Below are positions 8,501 to 17,694 of a stretch of DNA of 64,000 nt, piece after piece. The number at the start of each line of letters is the position of its first letter. The first letter of the stretch is position 1. The position numbers and the translations under genes were made by a program. Under the pieces are notes generated by a model that did not search any database, was not told the DNA's origin, and was given only the letters and a program-made list of their open reading frames with translations. The stretch covers positions 62,001-126,000 of the IMG/VR virus record IMGVR_UViG_3300014720_000001; one strand, written 5' to 3'.

Positions 8501-11500
8501 TTACTTATTATCTTCCACAATATGCACCGGGGTGTCTACTTCAATTTCGCCGCGCCGGTACGCCTGCACGGCATCCTGCTTGCTACGAAACACCCGCGGT
8601 TTAGACTTTTTGTTAATCCGGCTCGACGCCAAGTATAGCCCGGTTTGGTAATCCTTGTTCGGCACGTAGTGCGCCCGGAACGTCGAGGCGGCAAACAAGT
8701 TCTTGCTCGGCAGCATCTTTTCGACGGCTTCTTGCGCGGCGTCGTCCGTGCTTGGCACGTGGTACTGCATGGCGTCGCCGTCGAAGTCGGCACCAAACCC
8801 CTTGGTGATTACGGGGTTTACTTCCATGACTTTGTTCTTAGTTAACTTGGGGTAGAACGCCATCATGCCGTAACGATGGAGTACCGGCGCGCGGTTAATC
8901 ACAATTGGGCGCGACGACATCTGCTTGTTTAACTCAGCCGCGGCTTCTTTGTTCTTGTCTTCTACCGCCTGCATAGCCTGCATGCGGGGAAGACCGCGGC
9001 GGACCAACCCGCGGACAACGAACGGTTTGTAAATATCCCACGCTTTCTCTTCCGGCAGCGCGACTTCGTCCATGTCCAAATCGGGATTCGGCGTGATCAC
9101 CGCGCGGCCGACGAGATCTACCGTCGAGCTGAGCAGCTTGCGCTGAACTGTGCCGTACTTGGGAGAGTTCCCAAACACGTGCCGCAAGAAACCCTTGACG
9201 TTGCGCTCGACGTTTTTGGGTTGTTGCGGTTCACCTAAGCCAGTCACCGCCTTCATCGAGTCGTACACACTCAGCCGCTCGTCGCCGTAATCTGCCAGCG
9301 CGCCCGATGCGTCTTTAAGCGTGTCGTTGGCGTCGAGCAATTCTTTGTACAAATAGTTTGCGTCAGCAACGAGCGGAAGCTTTTTGTTACCCATCGTGCT
9401 GACCGGGCGGAACATGGGTGGCAGGACCGGGACTTTACTAATCATCCAGTCCTTGGGGTGCACACCGGTTGTTTCGGCGCTCTTTAAAAAACCAAGCCGA
9501 CGCACTGCAGCATCGCGCAGGGTTTTACGCCCTGATTTAATATCTTCGCGCGCCTGCTCAATGGCTTTTGGTAAGTTAATGCGTTCCAGCGCGGCTTTGA
9601 TCGCCGTCGGTCCGGTTTTGTCGCCCAGCTGTTCACGCCCGGCCAGTATGCCTCGAAACTGCTTCTCCGTTAGGCCCAGCACGCGGCGGATCGGGTCTTC
9701 CATAACGGGGTTGGGCAGCGGCTCGTGCAGCGTGATCTTGCTCCACCGGTTACCGCCGTGACCACCTGTTAATGTTTCATCAAACAACCCACCAGCAATA
9801 GGTTTGAGGCGGCCCTTCCAGTCAACAGTTTCAGAACTCTTTAACTCGCGTGCGCCAGCCAGTTCATCGACGTCCTTGTCCGTCATGGCCATCAGATTTG
9901 AACGCGTACCTTTGCGCACAACGTTAATCCCAGACGCGCGAAGTTGATTTACAAACTTCTCGTAGACGTGCGGCACCTTGGGCAGCGGCGGTGTATACCC
10001 AGCCATGAACTGCGACCAGTATTCGGGATTGGCCTGCCCGCGCACCATTTTGGCGTCACGAATAACTTTGCCGGCCCCGTGCGACAGTAGCGCGCCGAGA
10101 TCGAGCATGCCGACGCGCTTAGCGCCCTCGCTGCCGCCCTTGGCCGGCGTGCCTTCAGCGGTATACGCGCCCATCGAGCGACCCTGCGCCTTCGACTCGC
10201 TGGTGTGGTGCAGTTTCATGAAAAACCGGCTGCCCGTCAGGACGCCGCCGATTTTGCGGCCGGTCTCTGGGTCGATAACGTCTTCGGTATCTGATAGCCC
10301 GTGCTTGGCCAGCTCTTTCTGCGCAAACTCAATCAAGTCGTTTTTGTTATCAAAGTCCTTGAGCTTGTACGGCGAACCGGTTTTCATCGCCACTTTACCC
10401 AGCGCAGCTTCGATCACCTGCGCGGGGTTAATGCGGCTGATTAGACCCAGCGGCGAGACAAGCACTTCAAACGGATTGCCGTCGCGGTCCTTGGGCATCT
10501 GGTCGTCCGGGACGATCTCTGCCACGACGCCCTTGTCGCCGAAACGCCCGGTGAGCTTATCGCCGACGTCCATGGGCGCTTGGTTTTTAACAACGACGCT
10601 CACGCCCTTTTTGGTGTGCATGACATCGGTTACAACCCCGGGCGCATGATGATCCCACGTGATCGTTTCGTTAGTGAAGCTGCCGGCACGCCCGCGATGC
10701 ACCTTGCCGTATACCGTGTCTTTTTTCTTTGCCACAAGCACGAGTGGATCGCCAAATTTAACCTCGGTACCTTTTTTAATCGCACCGTCGTCGTCAAACT
10801 TGTCGAGGTACTTTTTGTCGTACTCGGTCGGGAACAAACTCACGAACGCCTTCTTGCCAACGTGAGTGTTGTCGTCCCACTCGGCTTCGTGCTGATACAT
10901 GTGCTCAGACGTCAGCCGTTTGGATGCAGATTCAGAAATCACTACGGCGTCTTCGTAGTTTTTGCCGCGAAAAGGCAGATAAGCCGTGCGCAAGTTAAGT
11001 CCAAGAGCCGCGCTACCGTTTTGATCGGTAAAATTTGAGCGGGCTAACAACTGCCCCGGATTCACTACGTCGCCCGGTTTTACAAGCGGCGTCTGATGTA
11101 AGAACGTCTTACGGTTGTACGGCATCTCGTTGTACAGATCGATCGTCTTTTTGTTGCCGTCTTTGTCGCGCAGCACGATACCGTCCGGCGTAACATCAAC
11201 AACTTGCGCCCGCTCGGTGGCCCGCGTGGCGCCTAATTTCTCGCCCATTTCGTCTTCGTGCGACATGCTCTCGTCGTCAGCTTTGGCGGACTGCAGCAGC
11301 GGCGCCTCAGCGTTTACGAGCGGAAGCGCCTGCGTAAACATTCGACTACCCATGATCACGCGATGACCTTTGATCATGGACTTGATCGGCACCATGTTGG
11401 ACAGCGTCGAGAACGTTGTGTCCATGTTTGGCAGGCTGAACTGCGCTTCTTTTCGCGGCACGTACTTGAGCTTGCCGTTTACAAGCGCGGCTACGACAGG

Positions 11501-12919
11501 TAACCCGTTGTCTTCTTCGCCCGGAAACACGAGCGGGGTATCAGATAACTCTTGCGGCGTCTTGTACACCTTCTCGCCGGTTTTCATATCTACAACAGGC
11601 GTATAGACCTTGCCGTCCGCGCCTTTCATAGCGCCGCGGGCAAACCGCATGTCGACGCCCACTTTTCCAGACTCGGGCGTGCGGAGGTAGTCGATAAAGC
11701 CGAGATGGCTGGGTTGCACAGAACGCGACTCAGCGGGCACGGCGTCGAGCGAGCCGATGCCGCCCTCGCCCATGCGCGTTACGCGGGTCTGGTGGTCAAA
11801 GATCTCGGCCGGGTTGATCTCTTCTAAGCTCGACCCCAGCCCGCTGCCGATCAACGCCGCAGAAATAGCTTTGTCGAATACGCCGGACGGAATGTGGTCA
11901 ATCGACTTTTTAGCCGTGGCTTTCCAGAGCAGTTTATTTAGTGCTTGCCGATCTTTAGTAAACCGCTCAGCAATAAGGTCTTCCGGGCCGACAACTGACT
12001 GGTACACCATGTTGTCGCGGTCGTCGCTATCGGCCTCGCGGCGATTCACTGCGATTAATTTCTTAGTGATCGCCAGAATCGTCTCCGGCGTCATGTTCTT
12101 GTATTCAGACCCAAGCGTGCGGCGGGTAACTTCGGGGTCAAGTTCAGTCTTGGCAAACTCCGCGGCAATAGCCTGCGCTTTCGCAATCGGATCAGCGCCG
12201 GCAACCTGTTTATTCACCAGCCGGGCATAGATCTTGTCCATCGTGCCCGCGTCGCCCTTCTCCATGTTGACCGCGGTGATCTCGTTGCCCCACGCCGAGC
12301 GGATGTCCTGATCTGACACGCCCATCGACTTGAGCAGCGGCATGAGCGGAATCTGCGCCTGCCCAATGCTAATCTTGAACACGCCGGTTTTGGGGTCGAG
12401 GAAGTACCGATGCGAACGGCCTTTGCCCGGCAGCGTGTTTACGTGCGCTTCAATCTCGCCGTTGTCTTTCTCGCGGGTAAAAACGCCGGGGCGCAACCGC
12501 ATCTGGTGCGCAAGTGTGTACTCCACGCCCCCGTTTACGAACGTGCCGGAGTCGGTGAGATAGGGCACGTGCGCAATCGTGGCGCGCCGCTGGCCGACGG
12601 GCTGGCCGGTTTTGTTATCTGTAAGCGTCCACGTACCCTGCAGCCGCCGGGCAAGTGTCCCGCGGGAAAGGACAGCTTTCTTCTGATCTGCCCTTGTGAA
12701 ACGTTCGGGCCCCGTGTACCCGACGTCTTGAAGTTGCAGCGTATACAGGTCGTTCTGCAGCGGTTTAAGACCTTGCGCGCTGGTGAGCGCTTGGTTGAAG
12801 ATGTTGTCGCGCATCACACCAACGTCGCCGAACGAACGCATCGTCGGCGCAGCTGACTGCGCAGCTGACTGCGCAGACAACGACGGCGTCGTTTTAAGCG
12901 GTGGCAACTCGGGGGTCAT
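8501..12919 (-). CDS. rpoB: RNA polymerase beta subunit fused to the N-terminal half of beta'
   Basis: Beta motifs VPYLTDSGTFVNGGVEY, GDKLTGRFGDKGVV, KLHHTSESKAQGRS, GMLDLGALLSHGA. After about 9920 come beta' motifs GLFDETLTG, LLSSTVDLVGRAVI, NRAPVLHR and the catalytic GADFDGD (8774-8794). Confidence 0.93.
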   Translation of the reverse strand: MTPELPPLKTTPSLSAQSAAQSAAPTMRSFGDVGVMRDNIFNQALTSAQGLKPLQNDLYTLQLQDVGYTGPERFTRADQKKAVLSRGTLARRLQGTWTLTDNKTGQPVGQRRATIAHVPYLTDSGTFVNGGVEYTLAHQMRLRPGVFTREKDNGEIEAHVNTLPGKGRSHRYFLDPKTGVFKISIGQAQIPLMPLLKSMGVSDQDIRSAWGNEITAVNMEKGDAGTMDKIYARLVNKQVAGADPIAKAQAIAAEFAKTELDPEVTRRTLGSEYKNMTPETILAITKKLIAVNRREADSDDRDNMVYQSVVGPEDLIAERFTKDRQALNKLLWKATAKKSIDHIPSGVFDKAISAALIGSGLGSSLEEINPAEIFDHQTRVTRMGEGGIGSLDAVPAESRSVQPSHLGFIDYLRTPESGKVGVDMRFARGAMKGADGKVYTPVVDMKTGEKVYKTPQELSDTPLVFPGEEDNGLPVVAALVNGKLKYVPRKEAQFSLPNMDTTFSTLSNMVPIKSMIKGHRVIMGSRMFTQALPLVNAEAPLLQSAKADDESMSHEDEMGEKLGATRATERAQVVDVTPDGIVLRDKDGNKKTIDLYNEMPYNRKTFLHQTPLVKPGDVVNPGQLLARSNFTDQNGSAALGLNLRTAYLPFRGKNYEDAVVISESASKRLTSEHMYQHEAEWDDNTHVGKKAFVSLFPTEYDKKYLDKFDDDGAIKKGTEVKFGDPLVLVAKKKDTVYGKVHRGRAGSFTNETITWDHHAPGVVTDVMHTKKGVSVVVKNQAPMDVGDKLTGRFGDKGVVAEIVPDDQMPKDRDGNPFEVLVSPLGLISRINPAQVIEAALGKVAMKTGSPYKLKDFDNKNDLIEFAQKELAKHGLSDTEDVIDPETGRKIGGVLTGSRFFMKLHHTSESKAQGRSMGAYTAEGTPAKGGSEGAKRVGMLDLGALLSHGAGKVIRDAKMVRGQANPEYWSQFMAGYTPPLPKVPHVYEKFVNQLRASGINVVRKGTRSNLMAMTDKDVDELAGARELKSSETVDWKGRLKPIAGGLFDETLTGGHGGNRWSKITLHEPLPNPVMEDPIRRVLGLTEKQFRGILAGREQLGDKTGPTAIKAALERINLPKAIEQAREDIKSGRKTLRDAAVRRLGFLKSAETTGVHPKDWMISKVPVLPPMFRPVSTMGNKKLPLVADANYLYKELLDANDTLKDASGALADYGDERLSVYDSMKAVTGLGEPQQPKNVERNVKGFLRHVFGNSPKYGTVQRKLLSSTVDLVGRAVITPNPDLDMDEVALPEEKAWDIYKPFVVRGLVRRGLPRMQAMQAVEDKNKEAAAELNKQMSSRPIVINRAPVLHRYGMMAFYPKLTKNKVMEVNPVITKGFGADFDGDAMQYHVPSTDDAAQEAVEKMLPSKNLFAASTFRAHYVPNKDYQTGLYLASSRINKKSKPRVFRSKQDAVQAYRRGEIEVDTPVHIVEDNK

Positions 12920-12922
12920 GGC

Positions 12923-13777
12923 TCACCCCGCTTGCGACTGCTCGGCCTGCTGCTTCAACGCAATGATCTCGTCTGGGTCGACGTATGTCGGCAGAATGCC
13001 AGCGATACGCGCCTTGGATTTCGCAGCTTCTTCCACCGCTTTGGCGCGTGAACGATCGCGGGCGCGGTCGTACATCAGCTTGGCCGCCAACCCGCCCAGC
13101 CCAAGGCCCGCGCCGACGTATGCGCCGCCAACTGTTGCCGGAACACGCTTGGCTACGTCATACGCGTCAGTCAACCACTCAAACAGCGCTTTCTTCTCCG
13201 ACGCCGCTTTTTCGCTTGCGGCGTCATATGCGCTGTCTAACTTTTTACCCCCGCCACCAGTGAGCGCGTCGTAGTATTCTTTTTCAGCCGCGGAAATCTG
13301 ATCTTGCTGCTCACGCCGCTTTTTTCGCTTGTGCAATGCCTCGATAAGTTTGTACCCGCCAATACCGCCGAGCGCTCCAGCGCCCCACGTAGCCCCCGTA
13401 CCGAAAGACGACCGAATGATGTTTGGATCAAACGAGTTGGGCTGCTTCGGCGCAACGTCGGGCGTAAACGGGCGTAAAAAGCTGAGCACGGAATCCGGCA
13501 GCATCTTGCCGACACCCTCGGTTACGCTGTCGTAAATACCGGCGATTTTGGTTTCTGTAATCTTGGGCGTCTCTTCTTCCTCTTCCTCGCGGGGCTTGTT
13601 TAGCGCCTGAGACAATCCGCGGGCCAAATAATACAGGCTAGCAGCAGTAGCGCCAGCACCGAGCCCGCCGATACCAGTGCGCACAATACGATCGCCCCAG
13701 AAACGCTGGTAATCTTGGGGGGTAGGTTTGCCAACAGCGGCAGCGACTGGGACGGCATTGTTTGAGAGTTTTTCCAT
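12923..13777 (-). CDS. Glycine-zipper membrane protein with K-x-A motifs
   Basis: 284 aa; three Gly-rich hydrophobic segments; TKIA, EKAA and EKKA motifs. Confidence 0.75.
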   Translation of the reverse strand: MEKLSNNAVPVAAAVGKPTPQDYQRFWGDRIVRTGIGGLGAGATAASLYYLARGLSQALNKPREEEEEETPKITETKIAGIYDSVTEGVGKMLPDSVLSFLRPFTPDVAPKQPNSFDPNIIRSSFGTGATWGAGALGGIGGYKLIEALHKRKKRREQQDQISAAEKEYYDALTGGGGKKLDSAYDAASEKAASEKKALFEWLTDAYDVAKRVPATVGGAYVGAGLGLGGLAAKLMYDRARDRSRAKAVEEAAKSKARIAGILPTYVDPDEIIALKQQAEQSQAG

Positions 13778-13789
13778 GAGTAAGGCTCA

Positions 13790-14137
13790 CTAATGCTTGG
13801 GCGGAATCATGCCGTAAACCTGTGCCCACTCCAACCAGACGCGAAAGTGTTTGTGCTCGTCGTCCCAGTTGTCAGTGCGCTTTAACAGCCGATACCAACC
13901 GTTCACCATCTTATCATTTATGTTGTCAAATTCTGCTTTTTGCGCCGGATCCCACAGCTCGAACATTCGAGATTTGAAATCATACTGTAAATCGATATTT
14001 TCCAGCTCATCTTGCTTCAGGTCGGGGCGGTGACCCGCGCCGATTACTGGAAAGCCGTCGAGCGTGCCGGGCCAGTTCAACTGGGCGTTATTGTGCTGCG
14101 TGCCACCAATTTCGCCGTGATACTTGCGAAGGCTCAC
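13790..14137 (-). CDS. Hypothetical protein
   Basis: 115-aa ORF in the operon. Confidence 0.6.
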   Translation of the reverse strand: MSLRKYHGEIGGTQHNNAQLNWPGTLDGFPVIGAGHRPDLKQDELENIDLQYDFKSRMFELWDPAQKAEFDNINDKMVNGWYRLLKRTDNWDDEHKHFRVWLEWAQVYGMIPPKH

Positions 14138-14140
14138 AAA

Positions 14141-14497
14141 TTACCTTTCTGGGCGGTAAAGACGTAACTTCCTGTTGGTCTTTGCCCGGGCAGCGTACGC
14201 CTTGTACGCCGCAGCTAGTTCGCGGGCTTTGATATCTTCTTCGTCAACGTCTGGCTCGGTCATTTTGCCGGCCAGATGTCCGGCCAATCCGCCGCCAACC
14301 GTAGCCAGCATGAGCGGGGTATACGCCACATTACCGAGCGCCTTGAACGAGTCCGACAACGACGGCAGTTCCAGCGCGGCTTTTACAAACGCATCCGCTG
14401 CGTCGAGCCGCTGCGTCAGTGCCGAGCCGGTGAGTTGTTCTTCAGCGCACCGCTGGAGAAAACCCAGCTTAAAAGCTTCTTTTTCAGTGACATCCAT
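14141..14497 (-). CDS. Small glycine-zipper protein
   Basis: 118 aa; N-terminal EKEAFKLGF; VGGGLAGHLAG segment. Confidence 0.7.
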   Translation of the reverse strand: MDVTEKEAFKLGFLQRCAEEQLTGSALTQRLDAADAFVKAALELPSLSDSFKALGNVAYTPLMLATVGGGLAGHLAGKMTEPDVDEEDIKARELAAAYKAYAARAKTNRKLRLYRPER

Positions 14498-14498
14498 G

Positions 14499-14990
14499 TC
14501 AGAGGTCTCCGGGCAGAATAAGTTTCTTGGTGGGCGCGCCGACGGTAAAGTCGGGTGTTACATGCCGGCCGGTATCTTTACCCAGCGGTAAAGCACCCGG
14601 CAACGTCGATGTAAAATTAGCGCCGCTGGCCAGAGATATCTTACTCTTTCTGCCCGGGCGGTGTCGCTTAAACCACGCATCGACGGCCGGATCGTCGCGG
14701 TCGCCCTGCTCTTTTGCCTCTTTTGTCACCGCGACCATGTTTTCAATGGCCTGCTGTAACTCCACGCGGTCCGCAGAGAGCCACGCCGCTTTCGACGGAT
14801 TTTCGGCTGCCATGTGGCGCAACCGGCGGGCTTCGTCGCTAATGGCCTGCGCCCGCTGCAAGAACTCTTTGCGGGTCAGAACAAAAAATTCACCTGTCTG
14901 CTCGTCATGCAGACAGATGAAGCCATTTTGCGCGTAAAACTTGAGCCCACGATACGAATAGCATTTACCGGTCACACTGGCGGTGGACAT
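14499..14990 (-). CDS. Hypothetical protein
   Basis: 163-aa ORF in the operon. Confidence 0.65.
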   Translation of the reverse strand: MSTASVTGKCYSYRGLKFYAQNGFICLHDEQTGEFFVLTRKEFLQRAQAISDEARRLRHMAAENPSKAAWLSADRVELQQAIENMVAVTKEAKEQGDRDDPAVDAWFKRHRPGRKSKISLASGANFTSTLPGALPLGKDTGRHVTPDFTVGAPTKKLILPGDL

Positions 14991-14998
14991 TCAACACC

Positions 14999-15403
14999 TT
15001 ATTTACGGGTCGGACTGATCGGACGCGGCGCGGTTGCCGGTTTCGCGGTGCCAGAACCCAACGTCGGAAGCGGGCAGCCGTTTTCGTCACAGCCGTCCGC
15101 GCTGATCGGCGGCAACGGGCTCACCTGCAGCCGCATCGAAGGCTTCGGGCCTGTGTTCTGCATCTCGCCCGGTTTCGACTCGCAGTCCGGGCAGTCCGTC
15201 CACGGGTGATTGCTGTCGCCGGTTGGAATCTGCCCCTTGCCGTTACACTTTTTGCAGTCTTTGGTGTCGACAAGCGGTTTATCTACCGGCGTATCAGGTA
15301 GCAGAGAAGCATAAGCAACCTCTGCAGCGACCACCCCGACAAAGTCTTTTTTGGGCGGTTCGGCATGGGTCACCGGTAGCAGCGCTAACAACCATTCGAA
15401 CAT
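14999..15403 (-). CDS. Exported protein with a DnaJ-like CxxCxGxG zinc finger
   Basis: Hydrophobic N-terminus; CKKCNGKG...CPDC. Confidence 0.6.
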   Translation of the reverse strand: MFEWLLALLPVTHAEPPKKDFVGVVAAEVAYASLLPDTPVDKPLVDTKDCKKCNGKGQIPTGDSNHPWTDCPDCESKPGEMQNTGPKPSMRLQVSPLPPISADGCDENGCPLPTLGSGTAKPATAPRPISPTRK

Positions 15404-15430
15404 GTGTCACCTGTAAATTTTAGCAATTAA

Positions 15431-16456
15431 CTAGATGCGCCCGCGAGCGCCATAACTGCGCAGCTTTTTCGGCGGCCAACCATTTACGCCCGACACAGCC
15501 ACCATGTAGCGGTTTTTGATATCAGACCATTTCGCCCAGAAAGAGCCAACAGGAATATCGATGGTCGTGCCGAAAATACGCCGACCGCCGCCATTCCACG
15601 CGCCCCAGCTGTTTTGGACAAGCACCAGCGGCTCGCCGTAGCGCTGTTTAATAACGTCGCGGTCGTCTACGCCCAGATAGGCGAGGGCGTGCGCCCAAGA
15701 TCCTTTACGCTTACTTACACCGTTCTCGTCACGGTCAGAGGAGAAGCCCTCGCTCCCGCAGCTACTAACGCAGTAACCGTTAGCCAACAGGTCCCGGAGC
15801 GCTTCATACTCTTCGACTTCAGTAATCGTCTGTACAAGATGCAGCTTGCCGATAGTGCGCCACGTCTCCGGCGGCGTGCGCGAACCGTACAAGCCGGCAT
15901 TACGCGCCGAATACTGCGTGAAGTCGACGTTGATTTCGTCGTACTTTTTGCGCAGCCACAGTCCGCTATCGTTTAACATTACAGCCGCCGCTTCAGCGCA
16001 GCTCCAACCGTCGCCGCCGTGCCGCCGCCAGTTGTAAATCGCTTCGGTCGAAAGCACGCCGTTGAGACGAGCGGTGTCGCTGACTTCTGGCGCACCCTCA
16101 AGCCGGCCGCTGTTGGGATCTGGCAGCCCGCTAGTAATCTCGCAGCACATCGTTCCGAGTGCGGCGTTTCGGCTCGACCAGCTGACGCAGTCGCCGCGAC
16201 CTTGCGCTCCACCCGGCAGGCAATCCGGGTAGAGCTTCAAGATCTCAAGCACGGGAAGACTTAACTTATCTTTGCCTGTCTCTTCCAGTGCGTACGCGGA
16301 GCACGCCATGGCGCCGTCAGGAATACCACCAGCAGCTTTAATCTGGTCGCGGAGCGCAGACGCGGCTTCGGGGTTGCCGTAGGCGCCCACGAAGCCCGTT
16401 TCATACGCTGCCACAACGTCATAGACATTGTCAAAAAAATGCTCTGTGGTCGCCAT
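15431..16456 (-). CDS. Papain-like cysteine peptidase (C1 family)
   Basis: QGRGDCVSW (oxyanion Gln and catalytic Cys), WAHALAYLGVD (His), QNSWG (Asn). Confidence 0.85.
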   Translation of the reverse strand: MATTEHFFDNVYDVVAAYETGFVGAYGNPEAASALRDQIKAAGGIPDGAMACSAYALEETGKDKLSLPVLEILKLYPDCLPGGAQGRGDCVSWSSRNAALGTMCCEITSGLPDPNSGRLEGAPEVSDTARLNGVLSTEAIYNWRRHGGDGWSCAEAAAVMLNDSGLWLRKKYDEINVDFTQYSARNAGLYGSRTPPETWRTIGKLHLVQTITEVEEYEALRDLLANGYCVSSCGSEGFSSDRDENGVSKRKGSWAHALAYLGVDDRDVIKQRYGEPLVLVQNSWGAWNGGGRRIFGTTIDIPVGSFWAKWSDIKNRYMVAVSGVNGWPPKKLRSYGARGRI

Positions 16457-16474
16457 GACATTTCTCCGGCTTAA

Positions 16475-16801
16475 TCAAGCGGTCGGCTCTTCACCCTTGG
16501 TCTCGCTCACCAGCGTGACACCTAGCGCACCCGGCTGGGCCGGCGGCAGCGTGTCATTAGCCACGAACTCAAGCGTCGCCGGCTCCGAGCGATTGCCAGC
16601 GTCGTCAATGTCAACGACTTTGAGCACAACAGCGGAACCCTGCGTTACCAGCACGTCGCCCAGATCCGTTGTAGCCGGCTCGTAGGCACGCACTTCACGC
16701 GCTACGTCGGCGCCGTCAACGTATACCGACAACTCGCGGGTAACGACGTCGCCGTCGACAACCGGACCGACAGAAACACGATAGGTCAGAACGTCAGCCA
16801 T
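16475..16801 (-). CDS. Small FN3/Ig-like beta-sandwich protein
   Basis: Start reassigned to MADVLT (GGAG SD upstream); VVDIDDAGNRSEP is typical of FN3-like C-termini. Confidence 0.5.
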   Translation of the reverse strand: MADVLTYRVSVGPVVDGDVVTRELSVYVDGADVAREVRAYEPATTDLGDVLVTQGSAVVLKVVDIDDAGNRSEPATLEFVANDTLPPAQPGALGVTLVSETKGEEPTA

Positions 16802-16931
16802 AGTTAAATTACTCCTGATTTGAACCACACTTATTTCTGCTGGAGTCACTGGCGCTGCAAACGACAGCGCCATGACGGCCAGCAACCACAACACCAAACA
16901 CAGCAAAAACGCGGCAACGAATGTGCCCATG

Positions 16932-17384
16932 TCACTTCGCAGTCACGGCCGATGCCGCGATAACGTCGCACGCCTCCGTAAGTTTTTTGAGCGTCGCAGG
17001 CGTTCCGGGCATCACGTCATCCGTGCCGAGCGTAGTTTGAAACACCCGCTCGATCGCTTCGTCTAGGCCGGGATATTTGTTTACCTGCTCAATCGCCAGA
17101 TCCAGCGTATGGCCGTGCACTTCTTCCCACTTTTCAGTCGTCGTAATACGCTGCGGCGCCGTCGGGCGCTGGAGCACCGTCTTGAGTGACGTGTACACAT
17201 CGTAGATACGCGCACGGTCAGCCGGGTCGCTGCCGGTGAGCAGTTTTACGATCTCTGTATCAACGGCGGCTGTCGGTGCGACCGGGCGAACGACGGGTTT
17301 TGTGCCGACGTTCAGCTGCGGGCCGTTGGGGAACACCAGCGACACAAGCAGCAATAAACCGGCGGCAAGTACAAGCTTTTTCAT
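16932..17384 (-). CDS. Exported hypothetical protein
   Basis: Start MKKLVLAAGLLLLVSLVFP reads as a signal peptide or anchor. Confidence 0.65.
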   Translation of the reverse strand: MKKLVLAAGLLLLVSLVFPNGPQLNVGTKPVVRPVAPTAAVDTEIVKLLTGSDPADRARIYDVYTSLKTVLQRPTAPQRITTTEKWEEVHGHTLDLAIEQVNKYPGLDEAIERVFQTTLGTDDVMPGTPATLKKLTEACDVIAASAVTAK

Positions 17385-17659
17385 ACAACACCCTTTGACG
17401 GTTGTTCGTATTCCACGATCACACGCAGCAGCGCCGTGCACGCGTCGACGCCGTCTTTGCATCCTTCAGCGGCCAGCTTATCGCGCAGCTTCGTAACGGC
17501 CAAAATGTCATCCACCAACGGCACGGCAATCGACTCTTGAACAGCCGGACCAACCGCTGTACCGGTTGTCTTACGCAAACGGGCCAACAGTTCTTTGCGG
17601 TAGGTCACAAGTAAAAGCGCCACGAATACGCCGGCGCACACTAACTGAAAAGTAGTCAT
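17381..17659 (-). CDS. Small single-pass membrane protein
   Basis: MTTFQLVCAGVFVALLLVTY N-terminal TM segment; GGAG SD. Confidence 0.6.
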   Translation of the reverse strand: MTTFQLVCAGVFVALLLVTYRKELLARLRKTTGTAVGPAVQESIAVPLVDDILAVTKLRDKLAAEGCKDGVDACTALLRVIVEYEQPSKGVV

Positions 17660-17694
17660 GATTTCTCCTGTCTTACCGGTGAGCGAATATCTTA

